Shown: in pieces, positions 1 to 14,621 of the stretch
Numbering within the stretch: position 1 is the first letter of the stretch
Layout: every line of letters starts with the position of its first letter
Source of the DNA: the human T2T-CHM13v2.0 reference genome, Homo sapiens
NCBI RefSeq assembly: GCF_009914755.1
Contig: NC_060945.1
Reading direction: 5' to 3' (one strand)
Length of the DNA stretch: 64,000 nt
Made by a program: the position numbers and the translations under genes
Notes under the pieces: generated by a model
Seen by the model: only the letters and a program-made list of their open reading frames with translations
Database searches by the model: none
What the model was told of the DNA's origin: nothing

Positions 1-807
1 TAAAGTCTTCTCTTTTTACAAATTCACCTGCTTCAGTATATATTAAGGTGGCTTTCGAGAGGCAAGATGCTTATTTAAAAGTTAAGCGTGAATCTGTAAA
101 ATTAAGGTTGGTTGCGTAAAGTTGAAGTTAACCACATGTAAGAAAGGAAAACTTCCATTAGTTTTCTTCTTAGGGTGTGAGAATTTTACCTAGGCACATG
201 GATATTGGGCTGAAAAAAAAAAACCGACATTTTTATTTAAAACTACATGTAAAAAATCATGAAGGATTCAGTAATTATGTTAGGCTCACAAGTGACCATT
301 GAGTTTGCCCCTGTACTGCTTCCCAGCTTTTGTGGTGTTGAACTTTTCTGTTCTTCCAATAGGGAGATACATAATCAAAATACACACGAAGACGAGATAG
401 CAGGCACTCAGTTCTAGGCCAGTTTCTCAGTTTCCTTTGGGCCTGCCTTTATTTTGATAGTCGCAGAATGCAGGTTCAGATGCGATCCGGTGCATTCTGG
501 GTGGTATCCCCATAGACAGAATACAAGTTCAAGACTCATTTTTATGTCCATTTTTATAGTGGTAGACTGTATGTAATAGACCAGATGGTTCATTCCAAAT
601 ACATGACTTGGTCTTACTGCTATATATGAAGGAAGTTTGAAAATGTAATGGGGACAAAAGCCGTGCGTGACTTCGGTATACCCAGACTTCATTCAGATTT
701 CTTAAAAATCTGCTAGGGATGTCTGTTGACCAGACGTTGGAAAACCTTTGGTGTCAGGGAGAGTAGAGGAGAAGTTCTGATTTTCATAACCCTGGTTTCT
801 TATCTAG

Positions 808-1052
808 GCCTGTTTCCTTGCGTGAAAACATACATCACCAAGTAATTTGTAGTACAAAGAACAAGAGAAGAAACCCTAAGAAGATAGCTTATTTGTTATC
901 CTCCCTTTTAATGACTAACCTTAATCCAAATGAATCCACTGAGAACCAGCCTGTGGATGCCTACTGGGCTTTCACCCTGGACCAGGAATTTTTGACGTAT
1001 GCCTGTGTTGAAGGCACTGGATGCTTGTTTTGTGGAAGACATGTTCATTGAG
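808..1052 (+). CDS. Candidate spliced exon (245 nt) of a + strand gene lying upstream of the window; open frame PVSLRENIHH...CGRHVH* ends 1 nt before the donor
   Basis: Pyrimidine tract plus acceptor ggtttcttatctag (AG 806-807), consensus donor GAG|gtaagt (1053-1058), non-repetitive sequence, frame open 809-1051. Alternative frame gives LFPCVKTYITK*. Protein not recognised. Confidence 0.5.
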
Positions 1053-2282
1053 GTAAGTGGCTCATCGCTTGGTGTGTTTGGCTCTCTTTGGCATTATGCA
1101 TAGCCAAGGTCCCAGATTTTGGCTGCTCTCAGTGGGTGTTCTTGCATCAGAACTTTAAAAAAAATAACACTACCTTAACACTGAGACTGTCAGGTATTTG
1201 TCAGTATTTATTTCTAATTTCCTACTTTAAATCTTAGGAGACAAAGTGTTTCTCCAACTGGACGCTGATTTGAAACACAACTAGAATGCTACAGGTCTCT
1301 CTTCCAGTATGCAGCTGCTGTACCTGAAAATTTTTCCCCATAATTTCCCATCTTTAGGGTATGTCCCTGTTATCAGGTGTGGAATTAATGTGGGTAAATT
1401 TCCATTTCAGTTGAATTTCCTGTCATCCCCAGCAAAACCTGTGAATCCTTCTTCAAAGCATAGAGGAGGCAGAGACAAGTCTTAAACCGGCTTCCCTTCG
1501 CTTTTACCAGGTAGCCTGGTTCAGTCCCAGCTGGGTCCTGAAGGAGCACAGTACTAGAGCCTGAGTCATGTTGACTATTAATAAAGTGCATTAAGTTTGG
1601 GTCAGGCAAAGTGGTGGCAAAAGTTCATGATGCAGGACAGAGGAAACAAGTGGACAAGACAAGTGGAGCCCAGCTCTGTTCGCATGGGAGGCCGGGCGAT
1701 GCTGGCATGGGTGTGGTTGGCCGAGTTCTCATAGCTAGAGAAAGGCCGTGTAGGTATAAGTGCTTAATGTTTCATCTGTCTGAAAGACCAGCTATTTGAT
1801 AATCTTCCCGATTAAATTTCTAAAATTGCTACTTTGGGAATTTTTTTCTTTATTCTTGTAAAGTTTTGCTTCCATTATATACTCATTCATTAGTCAGTGT
1901 ACTTGCCCCTGAATTCCATATCTGAAACTGCAGTCACGGGAGATTCAGAGCCAAGGGCAAAATAAAGTGGCAGGCACTGGGTGTGTGTGGTAGTTCTGCA
2001 CTAGGGTGGCCAGGAAGCAGCCAAGCAGGTGTGCCGGGCAGGGAGTTGTTAATGAACACCCAGGCAAGAGGACGGGCCTGAGCCTGAGTGTGGCCAGCAG
2101 AAAGTGTTGAGTTGCTTAAAAGAGACCCTGGGAGGATGAATTTGGAATCATCATCCACTCACTGTTGGACAGAAAGACTGCAGAGAAGGGCACTGCTGGG
2201 GTGGGGTTTGTTAACTCCCTCTGAAATGAAAGAAAATACCTCTAGTGGCATGAAACGGCTAAGTTTTTTTTAATGTTACTTC

Positions 2283-2523
2283 TTTAATTTTAGAGACGGT
2301 GTCTGGCTTTGTCACGCAAGCTGGAGTTTGGTGGTGTGATTGCAGCTCACTGCAGCCTTAAACAACTGGGCTAGGTGATCCTCCCATCTCAGCCTCCCAA
2401 GTAGCTGGGACTACCTGTGCACACCACCATGCCTGGCTGTTTTTAATACGGGGTTTTGCTGAGTTGCTCAGGCGCTCCTCAAACTGCTGGCCTCAAGTGA
2501 TCCTCCAGCCTGGGCCTCTCAAA
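2283..2523 (-). mobile_element. Alu (old, AluJ-like), followed by a ~28 bp + strand Alu 5' fragment (2532-2559)
   Basis: Diverged match to reverse Alu consensus (gctcactgcagcc...ctcagcctcccaagtagctgggactac). Confidence 0.85.
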
Positions 2524-2789
2524 CATAAATAGGCTGGGCGTGGTGGCTCACGTCTGTAAAGATTTAAAGCGGAAAAGCGGAATGCAGTGAAATAGCATGA
2601 GAAAGAGCGTTTTTATGTACATCACAGACAAGCCTTGTTCTGCTGAAGAGGTGATGCCACGAGGTGGGGAGGAGCTCACTTCAGGCACCACTCCCACTTC
2701 CATTGCCCGCAAATCCAGGAAAGAAATGACTAATGAACTCTAGTGATCGCAAACTGCTCAATCGGTACTCATCAATTTAAAATGACTGT

Positions 2790-2938
2790 CCAGCCTTGCT
2801 GCACACTAAACTCATCTGTAGAACTTTATAAAACCACGGATGACCATCACACTAGCAGGATTTTAGATTCAGAGTTGGGGTGGGGCCTGGAGCTCTGTTT
2901 TCTGAAACTTTGCGGGCCATTCTGAACCTGCAGCCAGG
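2790..2938. mobile_element. MER5-like hAT-Charlie MITE
   Basis: ttgctgcacactaaactcatctg...ggggtggggcctggag...ttctgaacctgcagccagg resembles MER5A/B. Confidence 0.55.
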
Positions 2939-2986
2939 CAGGACTCTGGCAAGAAGAGGCGTGTGGCTAATATGACGGAAGTCTGA

Positions 2987-3352
<366 letters not shown>

Positions 3353-4041
3353 TAAAATTTTCAATTTATGGTGCATTACAAAATGTTATAAACAAGCCTC
3401 CGGGAAAGGCAGAAATTGCCAGATGTAAGTATATAAAACTTACACAGTTTGTTCCTTTTTGTTGTCTTCCCTTGTGGAGATGGGTCAGTGTAACATCCTA
3501 TTCATTAATAGCTCTCAGATGTCCCATGAGAATGGCACATGTTATTTCCCAACAGTGGGAATGGAATTAGTTCCTTTATATCTCAGTCTCATCTGGTCTT
3601 GTAAGCCGGTGAAGGGTTTCCCAGGGCACCAGCCACCAGCTCTGTATAGTAGTTACAGTTTCCCTCTCTAGAATCCCAAAGAGGTTCAGATCCCACTGCT
3701 CCTCTCATTGGCTTCGTGACCCTGGGTACGCTGCTCAACTTGCGCAAGGATTACTGTCCGCTTTGTACAATGGAGATACCTATAGTGTCCACTTAGGAGA
3801 TGCTGTGCATGCCTCAGTGAGGTAATGTCCGCAGAAAGCACAATGCCTAGTATGTAGAAAGTGTCCGATAAATATAATATGCGGCTAAACAGCGGAGTCC
3901 ACAGCCTGAATGGAACTTCTTTTTCTACGTAAATACAGCAAACAATGCAGGGAAATGAGGTGGACAGTGTTCTCCGTGGAGGGCTAAACAGCATTGCTTT
4001 CCAGCTGACTTTTATTTTTGGAGTCTGGGACTAGGTGTTAA

Positions 4042-4410
<369 letters not shown>

Positions 4411-5112
4411 GGAGTTTTTCGGTAGTTTGCTTTGCCTTGATAAACTATATGATATTTAAATGTTTTATAAGGATGGGTTTTCAGTAGAATTTCTCTGTAC
4501 AACCTCAGGGAGACTGCCTGGAGGAATAACTGTGGTAAGGGTCTGTTTTTGAACAGGCATGGTCATTAGACCCTTGTGATCACGCATCCAGGGGCCAGTC
4601 CCCACCCTTTGCTCCCACTCCAAGGAAAGTCTGTTACATTTTTAGCCTTCAGAGGTTTGATGTAGATAGGAAGAGATGAGGGTGACAGAAATCAGCTCTT
4701 AAGTTTATAAATAAAACAGGGATATTATCGGGGAAGCTTTTGAAATGTAATAGGTTGTAACCCACATTTTGAAAGCAGTAAGGAAATAATTGCTGCTTTT
4801 TTCTTCTTCTTTATTCTGTTGACTTTGTTGATAATATTAGGTGACTACATCGAGCCTGGGTTCTCTCAGTATTAGCCTGTTATTCCTAAAGTATCATCCT
4901 CTCCTTGTATCAAATATAAGGACAAAAATGTCTTAGGATAAAAGTCTGTTTGTTTGCATTAGACTATACATGATTTGCATTACAATGGGCCGTGGATTTG
5001 GATGGATGATGAAGCTGAAACAAGGGACCTAATCATGGGATTTAACTGTTCACTTCAGGTAGATAAGATATTTCTGGGAGAAGTAAATTGGATGAGCTTT
5101 TGTGCTTCCCAG

Positions 5113-5212
5113 CAGCTCCAGGTCTTGTCCCTGGCCAGTCTGGGCAGCTCTGCGCTCAGAGGCCTTTGGCACGATGGGTCCTCCCAGCAGGGGCTCCAGC
5201 GCTCACCGCTGG
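5113..5212 (+). other. Candidate exon (100 nt)
   Basis: ttttgtgcttcccag acceptor (NAGNAG) and tgg|gtgaga donor around a GC-richer unique segment. Confidence 0.25.
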
Positions 5213-5688
5213 GTGAGATCTACAGGGCTCAGTGCGCTTGGAGTCCTGGATTCCTCCAGGACTGCTACTGTATTCCAATTGAGTGGTGGTTTGCTCTTCA
5301 CAGAGCGCTTACATGGGATTTTTACCTTCTGACTGGAGTGTCACCCTCGCCCAGGAATGTGGGTGCTGGAGAGACGGGCTACCTCTTTCTGTAGGCGGAT
5401 GTTTCTGAAGGCATCTCCCACTGATTATGTAATGACAGCTACTTAACATCTTCTGTAGTCTTGAAGAATTCAGATGAGGAGCTTGTCCAGGGAGGGCTCC
5501 CACGTGCGTATTCACTAATTGTGGTCTTTCTCCCCAGCTCGGTTTTGTTTGCGTATTAGAGTTCTGACCATCTTCACTAGAAGTGGGGGCGGCTAGCAGT
5601 GACTAGATGCAAGAAGCAAAACGGTAAATTTCCTTTTACTGGCAAAATTAAAACAGTGAACTTGAAATATCTCCCCTACTCCCTGCAG

Positions 5689-5807
5689 AGACACTCTGAA
5701 TCAAAGAAAACAATCAGTACTAACCCTGGAAACAATTTAAAAATGAACAAAAAGTCCTACCCTGAAGAAGAAGAATGTCTTACCAGCAAACGGTCTTGGG
5801 ACAGCTG
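5689..5807 (+). other. Candidate exon (119 nt), open frame RHSESKKTISTNPGNNLKMNKKSYPEEEECLTSKRSWDS
   Basis: ctcccctactccctgcag acceptor, GAA-rich ESE-like content, weak ctg|gtgtga donor. Confidence 0.25.
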
Positions 5808-5829
5808 GTGTGAGAACTATATAAGAGAA

Positions 5830-6380
5830 ATCAACAAATATTAATTGAACACCAGTCATGTGCAAAGCACTTAGCTAGGTCTTAGGGATGAGGACAAAAA
5901 GCATGTCACATTTTGTTGTTATAAGTGGGAAAGATAAGTAATTACAAGTAAGCCCAGTGTTTTTAAAAGAGTGTGAACAGAGACCTTATTCTAATCCAGA
6001 GAGGCTGTGAAGTGCTGTATTCCCAAGGAACTGAAGTTCTAGCTGATACCTAATGGAGGAATGGGTGTTATCCTGGTGGGAATGCCCTAGAATCTAGGAG
6101 AAGACAACAGGCCATTCGAAGGTGAGGAGGCTTGCCAGCATCAGTTTATAAGTGGACAGAGTCGAGAGCTATTTAGGAAGGAGAGCTGACAGACCTCGGG
6201 GACTGAATGGATGCTGGGAGTAGGGGTGAAAAGAGAGGAGTCAGGCTTCCTCCCAGAGTTTGAGGACTTTGAGTGCTAAGGGCTTGTAGGAGAACGTTGT
6301 GGAGATGTCCGGTAGGCATCTGAAAGAATGGATGGAGGAGGGGAAAGTCGGGCCTGGGAATGGCCAATTTCTGGTCATTC
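5830..6380 (-). mobile_element. L2 3' fragment
   Basis: caacaaatattaattgaacacc...tgtgcaaagcacttagctagg is the reverse L2 3' end, followed by a purine-rich L2 body. Confidence 0.7.
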
Positions 6381-6544
6381 TCATATAGGCAACTGATGGC
6401 GAAGGGGATGACCTAGAGGGAGTTGGGAGGACAGCCTAGGATACGTAAATAAGAGAATCTTGTATGTTCTAAAAATTAGCATCATTGCAGCTTCCTCAGC
6501 CCTAGGATGGTTTTTAGATCTATCAAGGGATAGAAGATTGTCCA

Positions 6545-6708
6545 GCCCCTTGCTGCCCAGTGTAGTCAGTGGGCTGACGACATTAGCATCACCTGGGTGC
6601 TTGCTAGCAATGCAAAATCTCAGGCCCCAGCCCAGACCACTGGATGAGAATCTGCATTTGAACAAGGTCCCCAGGTCATTCATGCACATTCAAAGTCAGA
6701 GACACTGC
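6545..6708. mobile_element. MER5A
   Basis: agcatcacctggg...tgcaaaatctcaggccccagcccagacc...gaatctgcatttgaacaag. Confidence 0.85.
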
Positions 6709-7427
6709 CCCAACACCTCACTTTAGAGTGAGAAAACTTAACAGGTTTAAGCAACTTGCAGAAGATGACACAACTGACCAGCGACAGTCTGTCTTCTAGT
6801 CAGGCCTCTTTCCAGTTCTCCACGCTGACCTTGACTTTCGAGATCACATACCAAGACCTTCAGCTGGATGGTCCCTGTAGCTGCTGTGACCACTAGAAGC
6901 AGGGTTAGGGGCGAGACTAATTTAATATCAATTAATGTAGACACTAGGCTTAGGGCTAGGGAAAATGTAGTGAAGGATGCCTGTATTGTCCTAATGAACC
7001 ACACTGGTGCCTACAAAATTTTTATTTTGGCAAAACCGTCCATGAATTTGGAGATGTTGAACAGGTTTCTCTCCGACAATCGTCTCGTTTAATTGTGAAA
7101 CTAGAATCACTTCCAGGAAGCTCTGAAGAATCAAGTCTGAGTGATGCAATGCTGCTTCCTCCTTCCTTCTCAAAAGCCTGCTCTTTGCCCATTTCTCTGT
7201 TCCCAAGGTCATTTTCTCCCCTTCTTGTTTCCAGGATCCACAGTTCCTGCTCTGCTTCCGCTTTCCCCACTGCTGGTTCAGGCTGTCTGCAGCAGCAGCA
7301 GCTCCAGGGTGCTGGGACACTGCTGGGTGACGCTCCACAGTGTGTGCTTCCCCATGTGGCTTCCACAGTCCCCTCTTGCTTCTCCCACATGTTAGTCTTC
7401 ATAGATTAGTCTTCATCAATTCTTAGT

Positions 7428-7710
<283 letters not shown>

Positions 7711-8527
7711 GATGAATTTTCGTTTAGGCCCCTTTCTTTGTGAGAGGGGGCCCCAGGATTATGCCCCGGGATTAAAAGAAGCTGGGAGGCTCTCCAGGAC
7801 CCTGAACAAAGGTGGAAGTAGGGTTGTAAATGGAAGAAAAAATAAGAGAGATTCATTATGTTCTAATGACTATGAGGGAAGCTTTAGTTTTTGTCTCCCT
7901 GAAGCATCAACCTGCTTTCCTGCTGCTGTTATCACATCCTTCCAGGGCTATCGGCTGTTCAGGAACAGGAGAGCTCTGGAAGAGCAGGGACGACTTTGGC
8001 TTCTGTTTCCTGCCCATTGCAGATTAGGCATCAGCAAGGTACCCTCCTGTTTTTGTATGGCTCACCAAACTAAGGGTGATTTTCACATTTTACATGGCTG
8101 AAAAACATCAAATGATATTTCAGGACATAGGGAAATTATATGACATTTGAATTTCAGTGTCCATAAATGAAGTTTTATTGGAACATAACCACATTCATTT
8201 GCAAGTTGTCCACGGCCACTTTGGTGCTACTGTGGCAGAATTGAGTAGTTGCTGCAGAGACCGTATGATGAGAATATGTGGCATTCTCATCATTTTGCCC
8301 TGCCGCTCTGTGCAATGTAAATTGCAGTGACACAGTTATAACTCAGCAGCATTTTGAATGCCACTTGTATTCCCATGCTACAACATTTTATTTTTTATTA
8401 CCAATATATACAAGAAAAGTGGATTTCAAATATCATTGTGCTTTTAAGGTACAATGGAGTATGAATTGTTACTGAATTAGGCAGCAAAGTGCAATGACAT
8501 GGTAGCTGTCCTAAGGAACACAATACA

Positions 8528-8663
8528 ACCAGGTGCAGTGGCTCATGCCTGTAATCCCAACGATTTGGGTGGCTGAGGTGGGAGAATCACTTGAACCCAG
8601 GATTTGGAGACCAGCTTGGGTGGTATAGTGAGACCCCCCATCTCCACAAAAAGTAAAAAAAAA
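8528..8663 (+). mobile_element. FLAM / Alu left monomer
   Basis: Single Alu monomer with A tail. Confidence 0.85.
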
Positions 8664-9197
8664 CCAAAATACATGTTGTTACTTCCCATCTTAGCACTCA
8701 TCAAGATATTTCTAATTCACAAGAAAGCAATGGTCAGAAAAATTAGAAAATTTAAAATTGAATATCTCATCACAGAATTTATTCACAAAAATAAAAAATG
8801 AAAATGAAGCTACAACCAAAGTAAGTTTCAGATGGCTCATTTGTTAGCCAAGCAAGGAAAGTCACTTATGGTGAATTAATTAAATCATGCTTGATTACTG
8901 CAGCTGAAGAAACATGCTCAGAGAAAGTAAACTTGTTTATTGGCCTTTCCACGACAACAGTTGCTCAAAGAGTTGACATTAGGAATGACATCAGTAGTCG
9001 ACTAAAAAGGCAAATGGTTTTGAGTGGTTTCCCCTGACTCTCATGACAGGGGTCACCATATGTTATGCACACTGCTCCGCTATTGCTCTTTATTTGAGGA
9101 GCCAGTACCAAGTTGGAAGTAACTGAAGAATTGGCCTCTATCAATAGTCTTATGTGGAACAACTACTGGCAAAAGTATTTTCAAAGCTGAGAAAACT

Positions 9198-9530
<333 letters not shown>

Positions 9531-9570
9531 CTAAGATGTGTTATGACTGTTGGTAGTGGAAATATATGTG

Positions 9571-9932
9571 TGTATTAGTCCATTTTCATACTGCTATAAA
9601 GAAAAGCCTGAGACTGGGTAATTTATAAAGAAAAAGAGGTTTAATGGACTCACAGTCCCGCATGGTTGGGGAGGCCTCACAATCGTTGTGGAAGGTAAAG
9701 GAGAAGCCAAGGCAAGTCTTAGGTGGCGGCAAGCAAGAGAGTGTGTGCAGGGGAACTGCCCTTTATAAAACCATCAGATCTCATGAGACTTACTCACTAT
9801 TATGAGAACAGCATGGTAAAATCCTGCCTCCATGATTCAGTTACCTCCCACTGGGTCCTACCCATGACACGTGGGGATTATGGGGGCTACAATTCAATGA
9901 GATTTGGGTGGGGACACAGCTAACTCATATCA
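9571..9932 (-). mobile_element. THE1-type MaLR solo LTR
   Basis: tgtattagtccattttcatactgct...gggtggggacacagc...atatca; 5-bp TSD atgtg/gtgtg. Confidence 0.9.
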
Positions 9933-10754
9933 GTGTGGAATAGAAAATGGCTCAGTTGGACAACTTACAAAGCTTGTAATAATATAAGGTGTTAAAGCCT
10001 ATAGATTATTCATTGTATTATTTAAGTCAACAGATACTTTGTGAGAAATATTTGAATCTATCATGCATTATTGAACCAGTATTGTCAATAGTGAACTTCC
10101 TTTAGCTCTTGTGGACTTCACTATCAACAGCTCTCATGAATTTTTGTCAGAAATATTAGCTGAATATCCCGACATGGCCTGTAATACAGCAGTTCAATGG
10201 TTTAGTAGTGGTAAAGTTTCATTTAAGTTTTGAGCTCAGGACAAAGATTGAAATTTTTCTGAATGAGAACTGCCCCGAACCACCGTTACTAAACACTGAA
10301 TAGTTTTGGAAATTCACTTTTGCTGCAGACTTGATAGTGTTTCTTAAGGAATTCAGCCTAAACCACAAGATAAAAACAGTGTTTATGTGAAACTCCTACT
10401 GTGTTAAGTGATTTCAAGAAGAACTATTGTTTGAATCACAACTAATGTTACTGCTTTAAGCTCTTCCCATGTTGTTAAAAGTTAAAAAAAGAAGAGCTCC
10501 ATTCCCACACACATTTGCCACAGATACATTATCTGAGCCCAAACTACAGTTTGAGCAGTGTGTTAGGGACCTCAATGCAAACCCAAAAGAAATTTTTATA
10601 TTTCAGAATCCATTGATCTGCATTTGAGAAGTGATTAATGTGTTGAAAGGCAACTATCTAAAGAAAAATTTAATAGAGTCTAATAGAATCTTATAAAAAT
10701 GTATAAATGTGTTTTATGTAATAAATATGCTAAGCTAAACATCTTATGCTCATG

Positions 10755-11112
<358 letters not shown>

Positions 11113-11761
11113 TCAAAGATGAACTGTGTCACATCTCATTCCAAATCAGCATTAACAGATAAATATATGCAAATATGCAATTGGTTTTGACGATTCACAA
11201 CACTAGCTCTGAATCTCAATTAGGGAAATGTTATTCCCCCAAAAGATTTCCAATTCTTATTGGTAGACCGGCGTTACCAGAAAATTGTACTCTATTGTTA
11301 TCCTTGAATTTCATCAATTAAGATTTTTTTGGAAAATATTTTTGGAAATATTTATTCTCTTCTTATAGAAAACACCTATTCAATATTTTAGATTTGCGCC
11401 TTTTGACCCAGAAAACCTAAAGTATTTGTTATTTTTACAGAAAACATCTCTAAGAGATGGAGCAAATAAGTAAATGGGTTTGGGTTTACAGGTTGGTATC
11501 CCCAAAAAGCAAGTTTGGGGCAGGAATCTGGGACCTTCTGCTCCCACTCCCCAGCACAGCCTCTGCTTCTTAAAGTCCTGGGGCCTGTAGGAGGAAGGCA
11601 CCTTGGTGAGAACCACCAAGAGGATGGCTACGTGCCCAGCAGCGGGAGATGGCAGTCCAGAGATGAGTTTGCAGGCCTGCAGCTCGTCTGCTGAGCTCGT
11701 CAACCCTCATGCTGATCTCCACTCACCAGTTTGCCTGCTTAGCGGCAGTCCTGTTGTGTGG

Positions 11762-11950
11762 ATCTTCTCACTTAATGCACACAGCAGTCCTGTGAAGCAG
11801 ATGGACCCTGTTCCTGTCCTCATTTCTGAGATGGAGAAAATTGAGGCCCCAAGAGAACGGTCACTTGTAGCATCCATTGGCTGCAGTGTTGAGGCCAGCT
11901 TTTGACCCCAGGCAGGCAGAATCCAGAGACTGCTTTGAACTCCTCTGCCA
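11762..11950 (-). mobile_element. MIR
   Basis: ctcatttctgagatggagaaaattgaggccc core. Confidence 0.7.
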
Positions 11951-12071
11951 AGCCCACTGGTGAGGAATGCTCAATTACTGCCCCACATTGAGAGGCATTT
12001 CTTTATTCCTAGTACCAAAAAAAAACATGCTTAGCAAATAGGCTTTGGAGTCAGGCAGAGCCTCCCCGCCA

Positions 12072-12402
12072 CTTTTTTTGTGTTTTTGTTTTGTTTTGTT
12101 TTTTTAATAGGAGACAGGATCTCACCCTGTCGCCCTGACTGGAGTACAGTGGAGTGTTCATAGCTCACTATATCCCTGAACTCCTGGGCGCAAGCAGTCC
12201 TCCTGCCTCAGCATCCTGAGTAGCTTGGACTACAGGTGCATGCCACCACCAAGCCTGGCTAATTTTTTTTTTAATTGTTTTTGTAGAGACGGAGTCTTGC
12301 TATGTTGGCCAGGCTGATTTGGAACTCCTGGGCTGAAACACTCCTCCCAACTTGGCCTCTCAAAGTGCTGTGATTACAGGTGTGAGCCATCATGCCTGGC
12401 CC
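12072..12402 (-). mobile_element. AluJ inserted in a MIR
   Basis: Reverse Alu dimer; MIR sequence on both sides. Confidence 0.9.
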
Positions 12403-12540
12403 AGACCCCATTTTAAATCACAGATCTGTCGTATACTAGTTGTGTGTCATTAGGCAAATTGCTTAGCCTCTCTGATCCTTTATTTTCCTCAGCTATCAAA
12501 TGGGGATAATAATATTTGCCTTGCAGCATTGTTAGGGTTG
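12403..12540 (+). mobile_element. MIR
   Basis: tagttgtgtgtcattaggcaaattgcttagcctctctg...aaatggggataataat. Confidence 0.8.
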
Positions 12541-13074
12541 GATACAAGTTTGGAAGGCCCAGATGTGATGATTGGCACACAAAGGCTAATACTGGGATTC
12601 CAAGGAGTCCCATGTGGTGGGTCCATCCGGGCCCAACAGGTTGTATATCTTAGCACTCATTCGGCCCCATCCTGCCTTTCCCTGTAACAGTGGCCGGTAG
12701 GGGTCCCCCGAACAGTCAAATTGACCAGTGGTCTTGCCCGTAAAGGGTGTTTCTGGGATCAGAGGGAAGAGGAGGATTAATGATTCCAGAACAACAAAAA
12801 GTCCTCAATTTCCACGTTTCTGGTCTTACTCTTGGAATCCAGGGTCGCCATTACCATTATGGAATATGGAGGAACCCCCTTTTTGGGCTTGTAGAAACCC
12901 ACAGACACATTTCTCAGGGGCTGGGCCATGTGTGCATTCTTCCCCAGTCTCCTTCCCACTCCCACTGGCCGTGTCCTGGCCTGGCCTTATCTTTGGCTGG
13001 ACTCATTGTTATAATGCGTGCTGCTGGTGAAGTGCTCACTATGTGTGAGTCTCTGTGCTGAACAGTCCACTTCT

Positions 13075-13240
13075 TCCTCGCTCTGGGACTTTGGGCAAGG
13101 TACTTAAACTATCTGGGTCTCTGTTTCCTCATCTGTAAAATGGGGATGAGAATGTCACCTTCCCTATAGGTTACTATGGGATCAAATGAGTTAATACACT
13201 TGACACTATCAGAACAGTGCCTGCCGCATAGTAGGGCTTC
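13075..13240 (+). mobile_element. MIR
   Basis: ttgggcaaggtacttaa...gtttcctcatctgtaaaatggggat. Confidence 0.85.
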
Positions 13241-13831
13241 ATGTTCGTGGTTCTAATAGCCTGGGACATAAGGACTGTTACCTGAGATTCCATAATACAC
13301 CCAAGGCCACAGAGCTGCTGATTTGAGAGTGAGGGTTCAAACCCAGGTTTGCAGACTAAAGCCAGGCTACTTGACCATTACCCCAAACCGCATCCAAGCC
13401 ATGCCCACCCCCTCCCCTGCTGTCTCCCCATGCCCCTGTGCCCCGGCTCCATCCGTTACCTGATGAGCAATGCAGACATTTCCCTCTTCTATTGAAAGTC
13501 CTATCCCTGTCATTGCCATATAACCTAAGAGTCTGGACAAGTCATTCCCTAACTACCCTCAGCCTCCTGCACTCCAGCTTTATGGGCCTCTCAAATGTGC
13601 CTCCTCTGGCACTTGCTTCTGGCTTGAGCTTCTGTGATGCTTTCCTGGTCCTCACCAGCATCACATCCATTCATGGCCCGTGGTCCCATCTGTGTTGCCC
13701 TGCACTTAGTTTGTGTCCTTAGTCTCCACACCCCATAGCTGGTGTCAGAGTCAACAATGTCTCTCCCCTTTTCCTCCTGAAGGCAGGAGCTGTTTCTCCT
13801 CCTTCTCCTACCTCTAGTGCATGGTGCGCAT

Positions 13832-13877
13832 TGGATGGATGGATGGATGGAGGGAGGGAGGGAGGGAGGGAGGGAGG
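13832..13877 (+). repeat. (TGGA)n-(GGGA)6 compound microsatellite
   Basis: Directly visible. Confidence 0.95.
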
Positions 13878-13889
13878 CATGGAGGCACT

Positions 13890-14160
13890 TGCTTCTTAGG
13901 AAGGAAGACAGTTGGCTGGACCAGTTAGATCTCTTTCCAAAAGCTTTTTGAAGTTACTTTTTAAAACTGTGCTAATAGAGCTGGAAGGGACTCCCTCAAG
14001 CAGGAAGTTGCTGAGGGAGCCAGGGACTAAGAAACACCATTTCACTCTTGTACCTGAAAGAGCTTTCTCGGCTTGGAGTGGGAAACCACAGGCTGCCATC
14101 CCCAACTCTGCTGGTTTTAGAGAAACACAGTCGGGAGGCGCAGCTCCCCCATTCACCGAC
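13890..14160. promoter_or_regulatory. Candidate enhancer (STAT, ETS, RBPJ and RUNX motifs)
   Basis: TTCTTAGGAA 13893-13902, CAGGAAGT 14001-14008, GTGGGAA 14078-14084 overlapping AACCACA 14084-14090, in unique DNA. Confidence 0.4.
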
Positions 14161-14621
14161 ACCCTTTGGGGCAGATACTTTTAGTTTTGTTTGGGCAGAG
14201 AGGAAGCTCGGGGCTGGGGACTGTCATGGGTGGCCGTGTGTGCAGCTCCAGCACCCCAGATTGGTCAGGGTTGAGGGAGCTGACTGAGGTGGAGCTGTGC
14301 CCATGGCCAAGGGCAAGGGCCCAGGGTTGGTTCAGGTGGGTGGGCTTGGGCTGGCCTGAAGGGGGCAAGAGTGGACATTTGGCCACCAGGAGAGAGGGTG
14401 AAGGCAAATAGAAAAATATGAGTTGCATCAGGGAATTTTGGCTTTTGAACCTAAAGCCAATTTTTTAAAAAATGATCAAGTTTCTTTGCTTCTTTGAATA
14501 TTTAACAAATAGTTATATGTGATGTAAGCCTGAATTGTGAAGAATCTATGATTATAAAGAGTTAGGGCTTGAGTAGCATGCCCCATCTAGTCCCAGATGT
14601 CATCCAAAAGGTCACAGGATG

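Noticed and set aside
7286-7303. Short CAG run encoding QQQQ
   Set aside because: Only ~5 units, not in a supported exon
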